64,000 nucleotides of DNA, from assembly GCA_039679675.1 (NCBI GenBank), contig JBDKUN010000050.1:1-64000 (forward strand), written 5' to 3'. Each line of letters starts with the position of its first letter. Within the stretch, counting starts at the first letter, position 1. The notes under the pieces were generated by a model that worked only from the letters and a program-made list of their open reading frames with translations, was not told where the DNA came from and did no database searches. A program made the translations under genes and the position numbers. Positions 38,542-47,987 of this stretch are shown piece by piece. The stretch comes from Armatimonadota bacterium (GTDB lineage: Bacteria > Armatimonadota > UBA5829 > DTLH01).

Positions 38542-40665
38542 TTACTTCAACATAGTATGACCATTTTTATCATTAAGCAGCCGCCGGACGGTTTCAAGCA
38601 GCACTTCCGGTTTATACGGTTTCTGCAGGAAGTCATTGGGGCGCTCGTTCTCGGGCAGCGTATCGATGCCGGTGTCGATTCCAGCCGTGATAAGCACTTT
38701 CATTGACGGTAGAATCTGCCGGATGGCCGAAATGGCCCTAAGCCCATTCATTCCGGGCATATTGAGGTCCAGGAGAACGATTTCCACATCTTTGCCACGC
38801 GGAGAACCAAGACAATCGAGCGCATCCTGCCCGTTTCCGGCGGTCAGTACTTTATACCCGTTGTGCTCCAACACTCGCTTGGTAAGCCGCTGGATGTAAT
38901 CCTCATCTTCGACCAGTAGGACTGTCTCATTACCCGTAACATCGCTTACCACCCCTGCGGCAGGCGAAGAAGCTTCTGGCATGGTTGTCACCGGAAGATA
39001 GACGCTTACACTGGTCCCTTTGCCCAGTTTGCTTTCTATATTGATCAGTCCGTTATGCGTTCTGATAATCCCGTAGCAGACGGAAAGCCCAAGCCCGGAA
39101 CCTGTGCTCTTTGTAGTAAAAAACGGCTCAAAGGCAGCTCTTATTGTTTTCTCGTTCATTCCACAGCCGGTATCAGAGACTGTAAAACGGGTAAACATCC
39201 CGGTACGCGCCCAAGGATTGGATTTCACGAACTCCTCTGTTAACGAAACTGGGTCTACATTAACCATCAGCCTTCCGCCATCAGGCATTGCAGCCTCGGC
39301 ATTCAGGCAAAGGTTCATCAACACCTGATGGATTTGAGAACTGTCCGCGAGTACAGGCAGACATTCAGCGGATGCTTCACACACGGTTTTGATCGTTCTC
39401 GGCAGAGTCTTGCACAGGAGCCCGGCAACTTCCTGTACCAAAACGAGAACGTCCACCGGTTCCATACGCTTCGGAACCTGCTGCGAAAACGCGCGAATCT
39501 GCTGGACAAGATCAGCGGCGCGCTGCGAAGCACGTTCTACCTCTACCAAATCGCTCCTGGTTTTCATGTCCAGTTGGCTCGTATCGAGGATGACATGAGT
39601 GTAGCCCAAGATTGCCTGCAGTAGATTGTTGAAGTCATGAGCAATTCCTGCCGCAAGCATCCCGACAGTCTCCATTTTGCGGGTCTGCTGCAGTCTTTCC
39701 TCATACAACTTTCTCTCTGTGATGTCACGCTGAATCACGACCACATACTCAATGCATCCTGATTCTTTTTCTACGGGCGTGACTGTGGCATCGCTTATAT
39801 AAGTAGTCCCGTCTTTCCGCCTGCGTGGAATCTCTCCCTGCCAAGTGTCACCATTATGTACCGTATCCCATATCTTCTTATAGAAATCGCGGTCATGGCC
39901 TTCATGCCTGAGGATACTAACACTTTGATCGATGGCTTCCTCGAACGTATAGCCATTGTCCTTTGTAAACGCAGGGTTAACGAACTTAATCTTGCAGAAG
40001 TAATCCGTAATTATAATCTGGTCGCTCGCTGCGTTGATTGCTGATACCTGCATCCGAAGTTCATCCCTGGTGCAGTACATTGCTTCTATCATTTTGCTTC
40101 GCTCAAAATAAGCCGCCAGGCAATCCGCAGCAGTGCGAAGCAGGTATTCATCATATTTGGACCAGGTTCTGGGGCTGGTTGTATCATCGAATCCGAGGCA
40201 GCCGATCAATTTACCCTGTGAGCGCATAGGTACAACGAGCAGGGCTTTTACATTATGCTTCATCAACACCTCTTGCTCAATAGTTGCCTCTGGTGGCATT
40301 TGTGCTGTATCCTGAACGGCTATAACCTTATCGGAAAAGATCTGATCAACCCACCACGGAGCATCTTCTACGGGACAGCCTTGAATATTATGGACTTCAG
40401 ACACAATACCGGGGGTGTACCATTCATAGGTATTATCTGCAGTTTTTGCTCCGTCTCTGAGTTGAAAGACACATACACGATCGGCTCGGACAGCCGTCCC
40501 GAGTATACCTAGAACGGAATTGATGTCTACATTATCACCGGCAATCAGCATGCTTGATACATGTGCAACAGCCTCTTGTATCCTTTGCTGCCTCAGCAGA
40601 CGTTTTCTGTTACACCGCTCAGAAAAATTATGTTTGCATAACCCGCTAAAACGATCATTAAGCAA
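38542..40665 (-). CDS. Hybrid histidine kinase (GAF-PAS-HisKA-HATPase-receiver)
   Basis: AGIAHDFNNLL, NLCLNA, DTGCGM, PFFTTK, GSGLGL; C-terminal LLVEDE...LLDLNMP receiver. Confidence 0.92.
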   Translation of the reverse strand: MLNDRFSGLCKHNFSERCNRKRLLRQQRIQEAVAHVSSMLIAGDNVDINSVLGILGTAVRADRVCVFQLRDGAKTADNTYEWYTPGIVSEVHNIQGCPVEDAPWWVDQIFSDKVIAVQDTAQMPPEATIEQEVLMKHNVKALLVVPMRSQGKLIGCLGFDDTTSPRTWSKYDEYLLRTAADCLAAYFERSKMIEAMYCTRDELRMQVSAINAASDQIIITDYFCKIKFVNPAFTKDNGYTFEEAIDQSVSILRHEGHDRDFYKKIWDTVHNGDTWQGEIPRRRKDGTTYISDATVTPVEKESGCIEYVVVIQRDITERKLYEERLQQTRKMETVGMLAAGIAHDFNNLLQAILGYTHVILDTSQLDMKTRSDLVEVERASQRAADLVQQIRAFSQQVPKRMEPVDVLVLVQEVAGLLCKTLPRTIKTVCEASAECLPVLADSSQIHQVLMNLCLNAEAAMPDGGRLMVNVDPVSLTEEFVKSNPWARTGMFTRFTVSDTGCGMNEKTIRAAFEPFFTTKSTGSGLGLSVCYGIIRTHNGLINIESKLGKGTSVSVYLPVTTMPEASSPAAGVVSDVTGNETVLLVEDEDYIQRLTKRVLEHNGYKVLTAGNGQDALDCLGSPRGKDVEIVLLDLNMPGMNGLRAISAIRQILPSMKVLITAGIDTGIDTLPENERPNDFLQKPYKPEVLLETVRRLLNDKNGHTMLK

Positions 40666-40770
40666 ATGACTACACCACCTTCACTGCTCTATTATCGGTT
40701 CATATAGTATGACTCAAAATGCAGCTTAAGTGAAGGTGAAATATTCACATGTGCTTAAGATTTTAGCAGC

Positions 40771-41556
40771 TTATTGCAATTTATCCCCACACATTTGAGG
40801 GTTCCAGTATGTGCCTTTGCCGGTTTTGCCGGCATTTGGGCTGGATTTGAAGTTATAGTTGAACCAGGCAGGTTCACCCATACCGCTTTTGGGGAGGGGC
40901 TCAGGCGGGTTTTCGGAAGTTGTATAACCACTGTTTTCTATTCTTTTGGGCGCAACATGGCCGTCGATAAACACGCAGTTGATGGTAACGCCATCTGCCA
41001 GACCTCTATCCTGCTCCACCCAGTGCCAACCATTGTGCTCGTAGAGAATGATCTGGTCAGCAGGAAAGGCAAAATCATCGTATTTACGGGCTTTAAGCTT
41101 ATCATCTCCATACCAGGCTCTGTCTATTGCAGCTTTCCAGTAGTATGCGACTGCTGCAGAGGGATTATTGCTTCTGTTGGGATCGGACGGACACCAGAGG
41201 GTGTCTTCGGGCTTATTCTTGATATACTGATATAGCAGCATCGGCCATGTTGAGCTTTTAGCACCAGGTGGCGGCGGCAGAGTACCTCTTTCCTTGGCGA
41301 AGTGCGTAAAATCGCTTTTATCCCATGTCTTTCTGCCGCCGTAAAGAAAGGAACTGGGCATCATATCATTGTAATCACCCTGATATAACTGTACCGCTAC
41401 TCCAAGCTCTTTCAGGTTGCTTTGGCAAGTGGCTTTACGAAAACCATCGCGATTTTTTGCGAATAATGGAAACATCAAAGGCCCAAAAACAAGTACGATC
41501 GCAACAATGATACCGATACTCCACAGTATCGGAACCAACACATCCCTTTCCTTCAT
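40771..41556 (-). CDS. DUF1559 / H-X9-DG domain protein
   Basis: RKATCQSNLKELGVAVQLYQGDY, CPSDP, INCVFIDGHV; no canonical prepilin GFTLIE motif. Start could be 41565. Confidence 0.8.
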   Translation of the reverse strand: MKERDVLVPILWSIGIIVAIVLVFGPLMFPLFAKNRDGFRKATCQSNLKELGVAVQLYQGDYNDMMPSSFLYGGRKTWDKSDFTHFAKERGTLPPPPGAKSSTWPMLLYQYIKNKPEDTLWCPSDPNRSNNPSAAVAYYWKAAIDRAWYGDDKLKARKYDDFAFPADQIILYEHNGWHWVEQDRGLADGVTINCVFIDGHVAPKRIENSGYTTSENPPEPLPKSGMGEPAWFNYNFKSSPNAGKTGKGTYWNPQMCGDKLQ

Positions 41557-41588
41557 CCAACCCATCCCCTCGCATTATTTACATAGTG

Positions 41589-41615
41589 AGACAGGCGGGC
41601 GTGACGGTTTGTTCC
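41589..41615 (-). promoter_or_regulatory. Possible ECF-sigma promoter
   Basis: GGAAC-N18-GTCT upstream of the DUF1559 gene. Confidence 0.3.
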
Positions 41616-41621
41616 ATACCA

Positions 41622-41754
41622 TTTTGAACCGCGGAAACCGGAATGACTAGAGACGCGACAGCACTTTCGAAGAAAGCGCGATAGCTGCCGAAGCGGGCAA
41701 GTAGGCCCCTTTTCGCGTCTCTCGTGCTTCTTCGCGCATTTCGCGATTCAAAAA
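41622..41754. repeat. Palindromic element with imperfect inverted ends, containing a 41-bp family C unit
   Basis: TTTTGAACCGCGGAA...TTTCGCGATTCAAAA ends; 41655-41695 matches the reverse complement of 60181-60221 at 40 of 41 positions. Confidence 0.7.
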
Positions 41755-41764
41755 CCTAAGCTGA

Positions 41765-42589
41765 CTAGAGCCCTTCGAACCTGCCTGCCCTTGAAAGGGT
41801 GATATAGTTCATAGAGAAGTCATCGCGGCCAAGCAGAGCTTCAGAAGCAGCGATGAGACCCATCAGGTAGCGGTCCATCGGGTCGATGATCCCCGCGTCA
41901 AGGCCCCGGTCCATTGCAAGCACCGTCATTGCCTGGTTCAGAAGCTTTCGAGCCGGCATTCCGTGGCTCACGTTCGATATTCCGGCTATCGTATGCACGC
42001 CGGGGAACTCAGTCATGATCTTCGAGATGATCTCAAGCATAGACACGCCGACATTGGTCCCTGTACCAATAGGGAAGGTGAGCGGATCGACATAGATGTC
42101 ATCCACCGGCACGCCTGCGTCGGTCAGACGCTTCACGAGGTCGCGGGCAACGGATAGCCGCTTTTCCGGGTCCTGCTGTATGCCTGTGTCGTCCATCGAA
42201 AGCGCGATTATCTTCGTCTTATACTTGAGGACGAACGGAAGGATGTTTTTGAACCTCTCAGTCTCGGCGGTAATCGAGTTGATCATCGGCTGGCCCTTGC
42301 TCATGTCATAGGCAGCAATGGCGCGGTCTATCGCCGCCGGGTTGGGCGAATCAAACGATATCGGCGCATCGACGACTTCCTGAACGGTCTTTACGATCCA
42401 CTCAAGCGCTTCCGGCTCACCGGAAGTCAGCGTGCCGCAGTTTGCGTCCACGTACGTCGCTCCGGCATCCACCTGGTCTTTCGCCAGCTTCTGAATATAG
42501 GCAGTGTCGCGGTTGACCACCGCCGCTTCGATTACAGCCTCACCTTTTATCTTTCGACTCGTATTAATACGCTCTCCAACGATTAACAT
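41765..42589 (-). CDS. Methyltetrahydrofolate:corrinoid methyltransferase (AcsE/MeTr-like pterin-binding barrel)
   Basis: MLIVGERINTSRK, ISFDS, MINS, YVDP, GISNVSHGMP, GLDAGIIDP; SD AGGAG before ATG 42589. Confidence 0.88.
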   Translation of the reverse strand: MLIVGERINTSRKIKGEAVIEAAVVNRDTAYIQKLAKDQVDAGATYVDANCGTLTSGEPEALEWIVKTVQEVVDAPISFDSPNPAAIDRAIAAYDMSKGQPMINSITAETERFKNILPFVLKYKTKIIALSMDDTGIQQDPEKRLSVARDLVKRLTDAGVPVDDIYVDPLTFPIGTGTNVGVSMLEIISKIMTEFPGVHTIAGISNVSHGMPARKLLNQAMTVLAMDRGLDAGIIDPMDRYLMGLIAASEALLGRDDFSMNYITLSRAGRFEGL

Positions 42590-42599
42590 TCGATTCTCC

Positions 42600-42998
42600 T
42601 TAGTCTTTTCTCCAAGATGGCGGATCGATTTTTCCAGCAAAAACATTCAGCCATGCCGAAGTATGCTCGAACCTCCGGTCTACCGGCTTCTGGATGCGCC
42701 TCAGCTTCTTCAATCTGCCCATACGCTTTGCGCGTTGGTAGATCATCCACCAGATGCAGTTTCTGTCAGGATAGACCTCGCAGCGCCCGTTTTCGCGCGT
42801 GCCGCCGCAGGGGCCATTTCTCATCTGTTTAGGGCATCTCATCGGGCATGTAAACGCAGTATAGCCCAAAATGCACTGGCCGCAGTCATGGCACTTGAAT
42901 ACCGGCTTCTTGACCACGTTCTCAGCAAGCACCGCGCAGGCATAAAGCCTGGGGTGGCTCTCGCAAAACGATGCTATCTTCTCACTTAGTTTGCTCAT
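42600..42998 (-). CDS. MTHFR C-terminal / MetV-like Cys-rich protein (short form)
   Basis: CHDCGQC...CPMRCPKQMRNGPCGG...CEV...CIW. Confidence 0.85.
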   Translation of the reverse strand: MSKLSEKIASFCESHPRLYACAVLAENVVKKPVFKCHDCGQCILGYTAFTCPMRCPKQMRNGPCGGTRENGRCEVYPDRNCIWWMIYQRAKRMGRLKKLRRIQKPVDRRFEHTSAWLNVFAGKIDPPSWRKD

Positions 42999-43007
42999 AT
43001 CCTGCTC

Positions 43008-43937
43008 TCAATCAGCCGACGGTCTCGGCAAAAGCCCCGCCTCTTCGACTATCCGGGGAGTTATCGACTCCCACATAACCGGCATCAGATGGACTCCCGC
43101 AACTCCTGGGATCTCCTTCAGCTCTTTGATTATTTCGACAGCGATCTTTACGCCTTCCTCCATAGCAGCTTCTTTTTCTTTTATGGATTCCATCCGTTTT
43201 ATGTAATCGGGCGAAATTCGCATCCCCGGAACGTTATCCCTCATATGAATAAGCGCTTTGACACTCCTTACCGGCATAACGCCTGCCAGGATGAACACAT
43301 CTTTGTCCATTCCCTCATCCCGGACGGCATTCATCCATTTTTTGAACCTGGGGACATCGAAGACCGGCTGAGTCTGGATGAAATCCACTCCGGCAGCTAT
43401 TTTCTTGGCAAGGTTCAGGACTCTCATCTCAAAAGGTTCGCCGAAGGGGTTTGCAGCGCCGCCGATGAACATTTTGGGTTCCTGCTTGATGTCATCACCG
43501 GACAGGAACTTCTTCTCGTCCCGCATCTTCTTCACCATGCCGATGAGCTGCGTGGAATCGAGGTCGAACACCGGCTTCGCATCGGGATGGTTGCCGAATT
43601 TCTGGTGATCGCCGGTGAGACAGAGGATATTTTTGATGCCTACTGCCCCCGCCGCAAGAATGTCAGACTGGATAGCGAGCCGGTTTCTGTCACGGCATGT
43701 CATCTGTATGATCGGCTCGACCCCGCCTGAAAGGGCGAAATGGCCGGACATCACACTAGACATACGCACAATCGCCGTCTGGTTGTCCGTCAGGTTCACC
43801 GCATCCACATAGCCTTTGAAATAACCGCACTTCTTGGCTATGGGAGCCGCATCTGCTGATTGAGGAGGACTCATCTCCCCGCAGACGACGAATTGCCCTG
43901 CGCGAAGCAGGCGCTCCAGCTTGCTGTCACTTTTCAC
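43008..43937 (-). CDS. metF: 5,10-methylenetetrahydrofolate reductase
   Basis: VNLTDN, QMTCRDRNR, LCLTGDH, KIAAGVDFIQTQ. Confidence 0.92.
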   Translation of the reverse strand: MKSDSKLERLLRAGQFVVCGEMSPPQSADAAPIAKKCGYFKGYVDAVNLTDNQTAIVRMSSVMSGHFALSGGVEPIIQMTCRDRNRLAIQSDILAAGAVGIKNILCLTGDHQKFGNHPDAKPVFDLDSTQLIGMVKKMRDEKKFLSGDDIKQEPKMFIGGAANPFGEPFEMRVLNLAKKIAAGVDFIQTQPVFDVPRFKKWMNAVRDEGMDKDVFILAGVMPVRSVKALIHMRDNVPGMRISPDYIKRMESIKEKEAAMEEGVKIAVEIIKELKEIPGVAGVHLMPVMWESITPRIVEEAGLLPRPSAD

Positions 43938-43961
43938 TGTACTAACCCCTTAAGCATGATG

Positions 43962-45638
43962 TCAGAAGAGCCCGACGATGCTGCCGTCATCATTCAAGCC
44001 GATCTTTTCGGCAGCCGGGACTTTGGGAAGGCCAGGCATGGTCATTATGTTTCCCGTATACATGACCACGAACCCCGCACCTGCCGACACTTTGGCATCT
44101 CTGACCGTAATTTCGAAATTCCTCGGTCTGCCGACGACGGAAGCATCATCAGAAAGGGAGTTCTGGGTCTTTGCAGAGCAGACCGGCAGGTTCCCTAGCC
44201 CCAGTTTTTCGATCTGAGCGATCTTTTTCTCCGCTTCCGACGTATAGATTACGCCATCCGCGCCGTAAACCTCTCGCGCAATTGTATTCATCTTCTCTTT
44301 GAGGCTCATATCGAGCGGATAAAGCTGATGGAACTTCGACGGCTTCTCTTCAATAGTCTTCATAACGAGTTTGGCAAGCTCAATTCCGCCCTTTCCGCCA
44401 TTGGCCCATACATCTGAGAGTGCTACAGAATATCCCTTAGCCTCACAAAGCGCATGAAGCTTCGCGACCTCTTCAGCGGAGTCCGCAGGGAACTTGTTGA
44501 TCGCAATAACCGGGCTGAGGCCGTGCGCTTCCATATTCTCGCAGTGTTTCCACAGGTTCTCGATCCCTCTTTCCAGCGCTTCCGGGTCTGAAACCGTCAG
44601 TGCGTCTTTTTTGACGCCGCCGTGCATCTTGAGCGCACGGATTGTGGCAACGACCACGGCGCAGGCCGGAGTAAGACCGGCTGTGCGGCACTTGATGTTC
44701 AGAAACTTCTCAGCACCGAGGTCAGAGCCGAATCCAGCCTCTGTGACGACGTAATCCGCGAGCTTGAGCGCCATCTTCGTTGCGATAACGGAATTGCATC
44801 CATGTGCGATGTTCCCGAACGGGCCGCCGTGTACGAAAGCGGGCGTGCCTTCCAATGTCTGAACCAGGTTCGGCTTTATCGCATCTTTGAGGAGCACCGC
44901 CATTGCGCCGGATGCCTTCAAATCGGCAGCAGTCACAGGGTTGCCGTCTTTGTCGAAGGCGACAATTATAGAAGCGAGCCGCCTCTCCAAGTCCGCCACA
45001 TCATTGGAGAGGCAAAGAAGCGCCATAACCTCGGAAGCTGCCGTAATATCGAACCCGGTCTCCCTCGGAACTCCGCCGGTCTTCCCGCCAAGCCCGATCA
45101 CAACGCTTCTCAGTGCTCGCTCGTTCAAGTCCAGTACCCGTTTCCAGGTAATGGAATATGGGTCGATTTTCAGTGGGTTTCCCTGATAAAGCGAATTGTC
45201 CAGCATCGCCGCAAGCAGGTTGTGCGCTGATGTAATCGCGTGAAAATCGCCCGTAAAATGCAGGTTGATGTCCTCCATAGGGATGACCTGCGCGTAACCG
45301 CCGCCTGCCGCGCCGCCTTTTACCCCGAAACACGGGCCAAGGCTCGGCTCTCTTATGGCGATTGCGACGGACTGGCCTATCTGCTTCAAAGCATCTCCGA
45401 GTCCGACTGTAGTAGTGGTTTTCCCCTCACCCGCTGAAGTCGGGGTAATCGCAGTAACGAGGATCAACTTGCCGTCCGGCCTGCCGCTCGTCTTTTTCAT
45501 CACTTCGAGCGATACTTTTGCCTTATACCGGCCGTAAAGCTCCAAATCTTCATCAGCCAAGCCGAGTGATTTTGCTATATCAGTCACAGGCTTCGGCTTT
45601 GCAGCCTGTGCTATTTCTACATCTGTTAAGTATGCCAT
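43962..45638 (-). CDS. fhs: Formate--tetrahydrofolate ligase
   Basis: [45 protein letters not shown]. Confidence 0.97.
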   Translation of the reverse strand: MAYLTDVEIAQAAKPKPVTDIAKSLGLADEDLELYGRYKAKVSLEVMKKTSGRPDGKLILVTAITPTSAGEGKTTTTVGLGDALKQIGQSVAIAIREPSLGPCFGVKGGAAGGGYAQVIPMEDINLHFTGDFHAITSAHNLLAAMLDNSLYQGNPLKIDPYSITWKRVLDLNERALRSVVIGLGGKTGGVPRETGFDITAASEVMALLCLSNDVADLERRLASIIVAFDKDGNPVTAADLKASGAMAVLLKDAIKPNLVQTLEGTPAFVHGGPFGNIAHGCNSVIATKMALKLADYVVTEAGFGSDLGAEKFLNIKCRTAGLTPACAVVVATIRALKMHGGVKKDALTVSDPEALERGIENLWKHCENMEAHGLSPVIAINKFPADSAEEVAKLHALCEAKGYSVALSDVWANGGKGGIELAKLVMKTIEEKPSKFHQLYPLDMSLKEKMNTIAREVYGADGVIYTSEAEKKIAQIEKLGLGNLPVCSAKTQNSLSDDASVVGRPRNFEITVRDAKVSAGAGFVVMYTGNIMTMPGLPKVPAAEKIGLNDDGSIVGLF

Positions 45639-45803
45639 AGTGCTCCCTACGATCTTTTCGAATCAATCGACTAGACAATAGCAGTTTATCAGTTATGATG
45701 CAAACGGTCTTGAAGTTTGGTGTCATTATGTTGGAAATATCGTAGCAGGATGTGGTTGTTTGGTAGCGTTTTGGTAGTTTGGTGCTTGGTTAGCTGTCAG
45801 TTA

Positions 45804-46185
45804 TCAGTCTTTATCTGCTTCTCTTTTAGCCTCTCTCAGAACTCCCAAGATACTATCGACAGTTGAAACCCATGGCGTCGGCAAATTCGGACGCCCTGCC
45901 AATATGTCCTCACGAAGCTGTTCCAATTTAGGTATAAACTCTGTCGCCTTTATCCTTAAAATAAGACCCAATGCAATTGCCGAATGGTATTTATCCTCAC
46001 CAAACAGCCATTTATCAATTACAACCATTACTGCTTTCTGTAATTCAGGAGCATATAACCGTATTTCCCATGCAATCCTGTCAACAAGCTCGTCCTTGCT
46101 TTTTTTTATATTCCTTACTTTCAGCAAGGTCATCATGTATCTGCGTCAGCCATTCTTCTGCTTGTTTTACAATCTCTGCATCCAT
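45804..46185 (-). pseudogene. AT-rich orphan gene interrupted by a frameshift in an A8 run
   Basis: The frame from ATG 46185 (MDAEIVKQAEEW...) stops at 46081; deleting one A from the A8 run (46100-46107) joins it to the frame ending at 45804, giving 126 aa. Confidence 0.6.
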
Positions 46186-46192
46186 AATCAAA

Positions 46193-46384
46193 CTACCTGC
46201 GGTAAATTCTTGGGAGATAATAGCCAATCTCCACAAAAATCAATATCGCTGCTGCCTTGATCATTGATTGAGGCCTTCCCCAACCCGTGGACGACGGTTG
46301 ACCGTAATCCATTACTTTTACGATTAACAAAAATGCAATCACCAACAGCAGTAATTTTAGAAGTATGAGCAGTATACGTTTCAT
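46193..46384 (-). CDS. Small two-TM hypothetical protein
   Basis: 63 aa, two hydrophobic segments, AT-rich. Confidence 0.45.
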   Translation of the reverse strand: MKRILLILLKLLLLVIAFLLIVKVMDYGQPSSTGWGRPQSMIKAAAILIFVEIGYYLPRIYRR

Positions 46385-46480
46385 GACGTTTTACAGTTCG
46401 GTGCATATTCACACACTAAAATATCTTAACAAATGTTAGGCGGCTAAATTATCTTTGTCAACATCTATATTAGTGAAAAC

Positions 46481-46515
46481 TCGTGCTCCGGGACTAACTG
46501 CGGTCCCGAAGCATA
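46481..46515 (+). repeat. 35-bp hairpin repeat (family B), copy 2
   Basis: TCGTGCTCCGGGAC-taactgcg-GTCCCGAAGCATA. Confidence 0.75.
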
Positions 46516-46536
46516 AAACTCAGGACCACACAAAGA

Positions 46537-47685
46537 CTATCTGAACGTCCCATGCACGTGCAATCTGTATTCGCGCGGGGTGTAGCCTGTGGATCGCTGA
46601 AAGACCTTCGTGAAGTAGCTCTGGTCCTTAAACCCGCAGTCGAGCGCAATGTTGATGATGCTCTGGTCCGAAAATTTGAGAAGTTCTTTGCTCTTATCGA
46701 CCCTCATCTGGGTGAGAATCTCCGTAAATGAACGCCCGAGCTTTTCTTTCATAAGTCTGGAGAAGTGAGAAGGCGACATACCGGCGGCAGCGGCGGCGTC
46801 ATCGCGCGAAATATCCTCCGACATATTGGCTTCCATAAACTGGAGCGCCGCTGTAAGAAGGACAGTGTTCGGATATGCGCGCTGCTCCCGGATGGAGTCC
46901 ATAATCCGCTCCAGCATTGATACGAGCCAGGCTGAAAGGTCGGCTTCGTCGGAAATAGACGAAAGATCGACCAGTTGGGAGAAGTTCGTGCCGAGGAGTT
47001 CCGATGGTTCGGCCCCCGCCTCTACAGCAGTCCTGCTCATCATAACTACGAGTTCAAGCAGAAAACTTTTAAGGAGGCTCGGCCTGTCCCTGCCGAGGTA
47101 GTAGATGCCTACCAGAATTCTATTGAGGATTTCGCGCGCTTGCAGGCGGTCGCCGCGTTTCACAGCGGCCAGCAGCTCAGGCTCTTCTCTCAGATAAATA
47201 TCGCGGATGGAGTCGTAGCACTTGCTTTTCAGCTCGTGTATGGCTTCCGCACGTCTGGACTCGCGCTCGGAAGCGAGCCTTCTGAGTTCAAGAAGCGCCG
47301 AATTCGTGAGGTTGGATTCACCGGCAAGCTGAAGAAGCTGGTCTGCGGCCTGCCTGATCCGTTCCGCGCTCCACTCGCCATCGGCACAGTCGTCTATCGG
47401 GATTCCACCGGCTGCGATGCCGCCTGTCACCTGCGCATTGTTCATAACGGGGACAGCCCAGATGATGCAGTTGCCGCAGCAGAGGTGAAGATATGGCTCG
47501 CCCCATTTCAGAGTCTCTTCGATGGCCCTCAGCCTGGCCTCACGGCAGCGTGTTTCTGAAACGGGGTTTGCGCAGCAAGGCTTGCCATCGATGACTCCGC
47601 CTTCGCGGTCCGTGAGCGCCAAAGTCAACTGAAAATCTTTATAATACCGGTCTGCAATCCGGCTTAAGTTGGACAGGTCTTTCAT
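46537..47685 (-). CDS. AraC-family regulator with PocR-like sensor domain
   Basis: N-terminal PocR-like Cys-containing domain; C-terminal MSPSHFSRL...IALDCGFKDQSYFTKVF...TPREYR. Confidence 0.9.
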   Translation of the reverse strand: MKDLSNLSRIADRYYKDFQLTLALTDREGGVIDGKPCCANPVSETRCREARLRAIEETLKWGEPYLHLCCGNCIIWAVPVMNNAQVTGGIAAGGIPIDDCADGEWSAERIRQAADQLLQLAGESNLTNSALLELRRLASERESRRAEAIHELKSKCYDSIRDIYLREEPELLAAVKRGDRLQAREILNRILVGIYYLGRDRPSLLKSFLLELVVMMSRTAVEAGAEPSELLGTNFSQLVDLSSISDEADLSAWLVSMLERIMDSIREQRAYPNTVLLTAALQFMEANMSEDISRDDAAAAAGMSPSHFSRLMKEKLGRSFTEILTQMRVDKSKELLKFSDQSIINIALDCGFKDQSYFTKVFQRSTGYTPREYRLHVHGTFR

Positions 47686-47730
47686 TTTTGATTACGGACG
47701 GCTCAAAAGCGCGACCTTCTATAAATAAAA

Positions 47731-47917
47731 TTGCCCCGCATGTGCCGTGTGCCTACCGAGTTTTTGAACCCTTGCATTAGAAGGGCGGGTGCCCGGGCCA
47801 GAGTCTCGCGATTCCCTCAAAAGAGGGCTCCCACTTGAAAACTGAACCTTTCGAACTCCCTAAGATTTGAGTGTCGGCTCAAAACTTCCTCGGCTAATCA
47901 CGTGCACCGCAGGGCAA
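47731..47917 (-). ncRNA. ssrS: 6S RNA
   Basis: About 187-nt rod: 5' GCCCUGCGGUGCACGUG pairs with 3' CACGGCACAUGCGGGGC; inner UUUUGAGCC/GGGUUCAAAA stem; GGGAG and GGCACCC segments flanking a central bubble; extended -10 TGTGGTAACAT at about 47944-47954. Confidence 0.8.
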
Positions 47918-47987
47918 ATATTGCAGTGTGATTTTCCACCAATATGTTACCACATTTGGGGCAGTACCACAATGTAATTAAATTGTT

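Noticed and set aside
41765..42589. Dihydropteroate synthase (folP)
   Set aside because: Lacks the FolP NxTPDSFSDGG and SRK motifs; GERIN and SNVSHG match methyl-THF methyltransferases.
47731..47917. Cobalamin or THF riboswitch upstream of the regulator and folate genes
   Set aside because: I found no B12-box or THF aptamer architecture; end-to-end pairing, size and central bubble fit 6S RNA.
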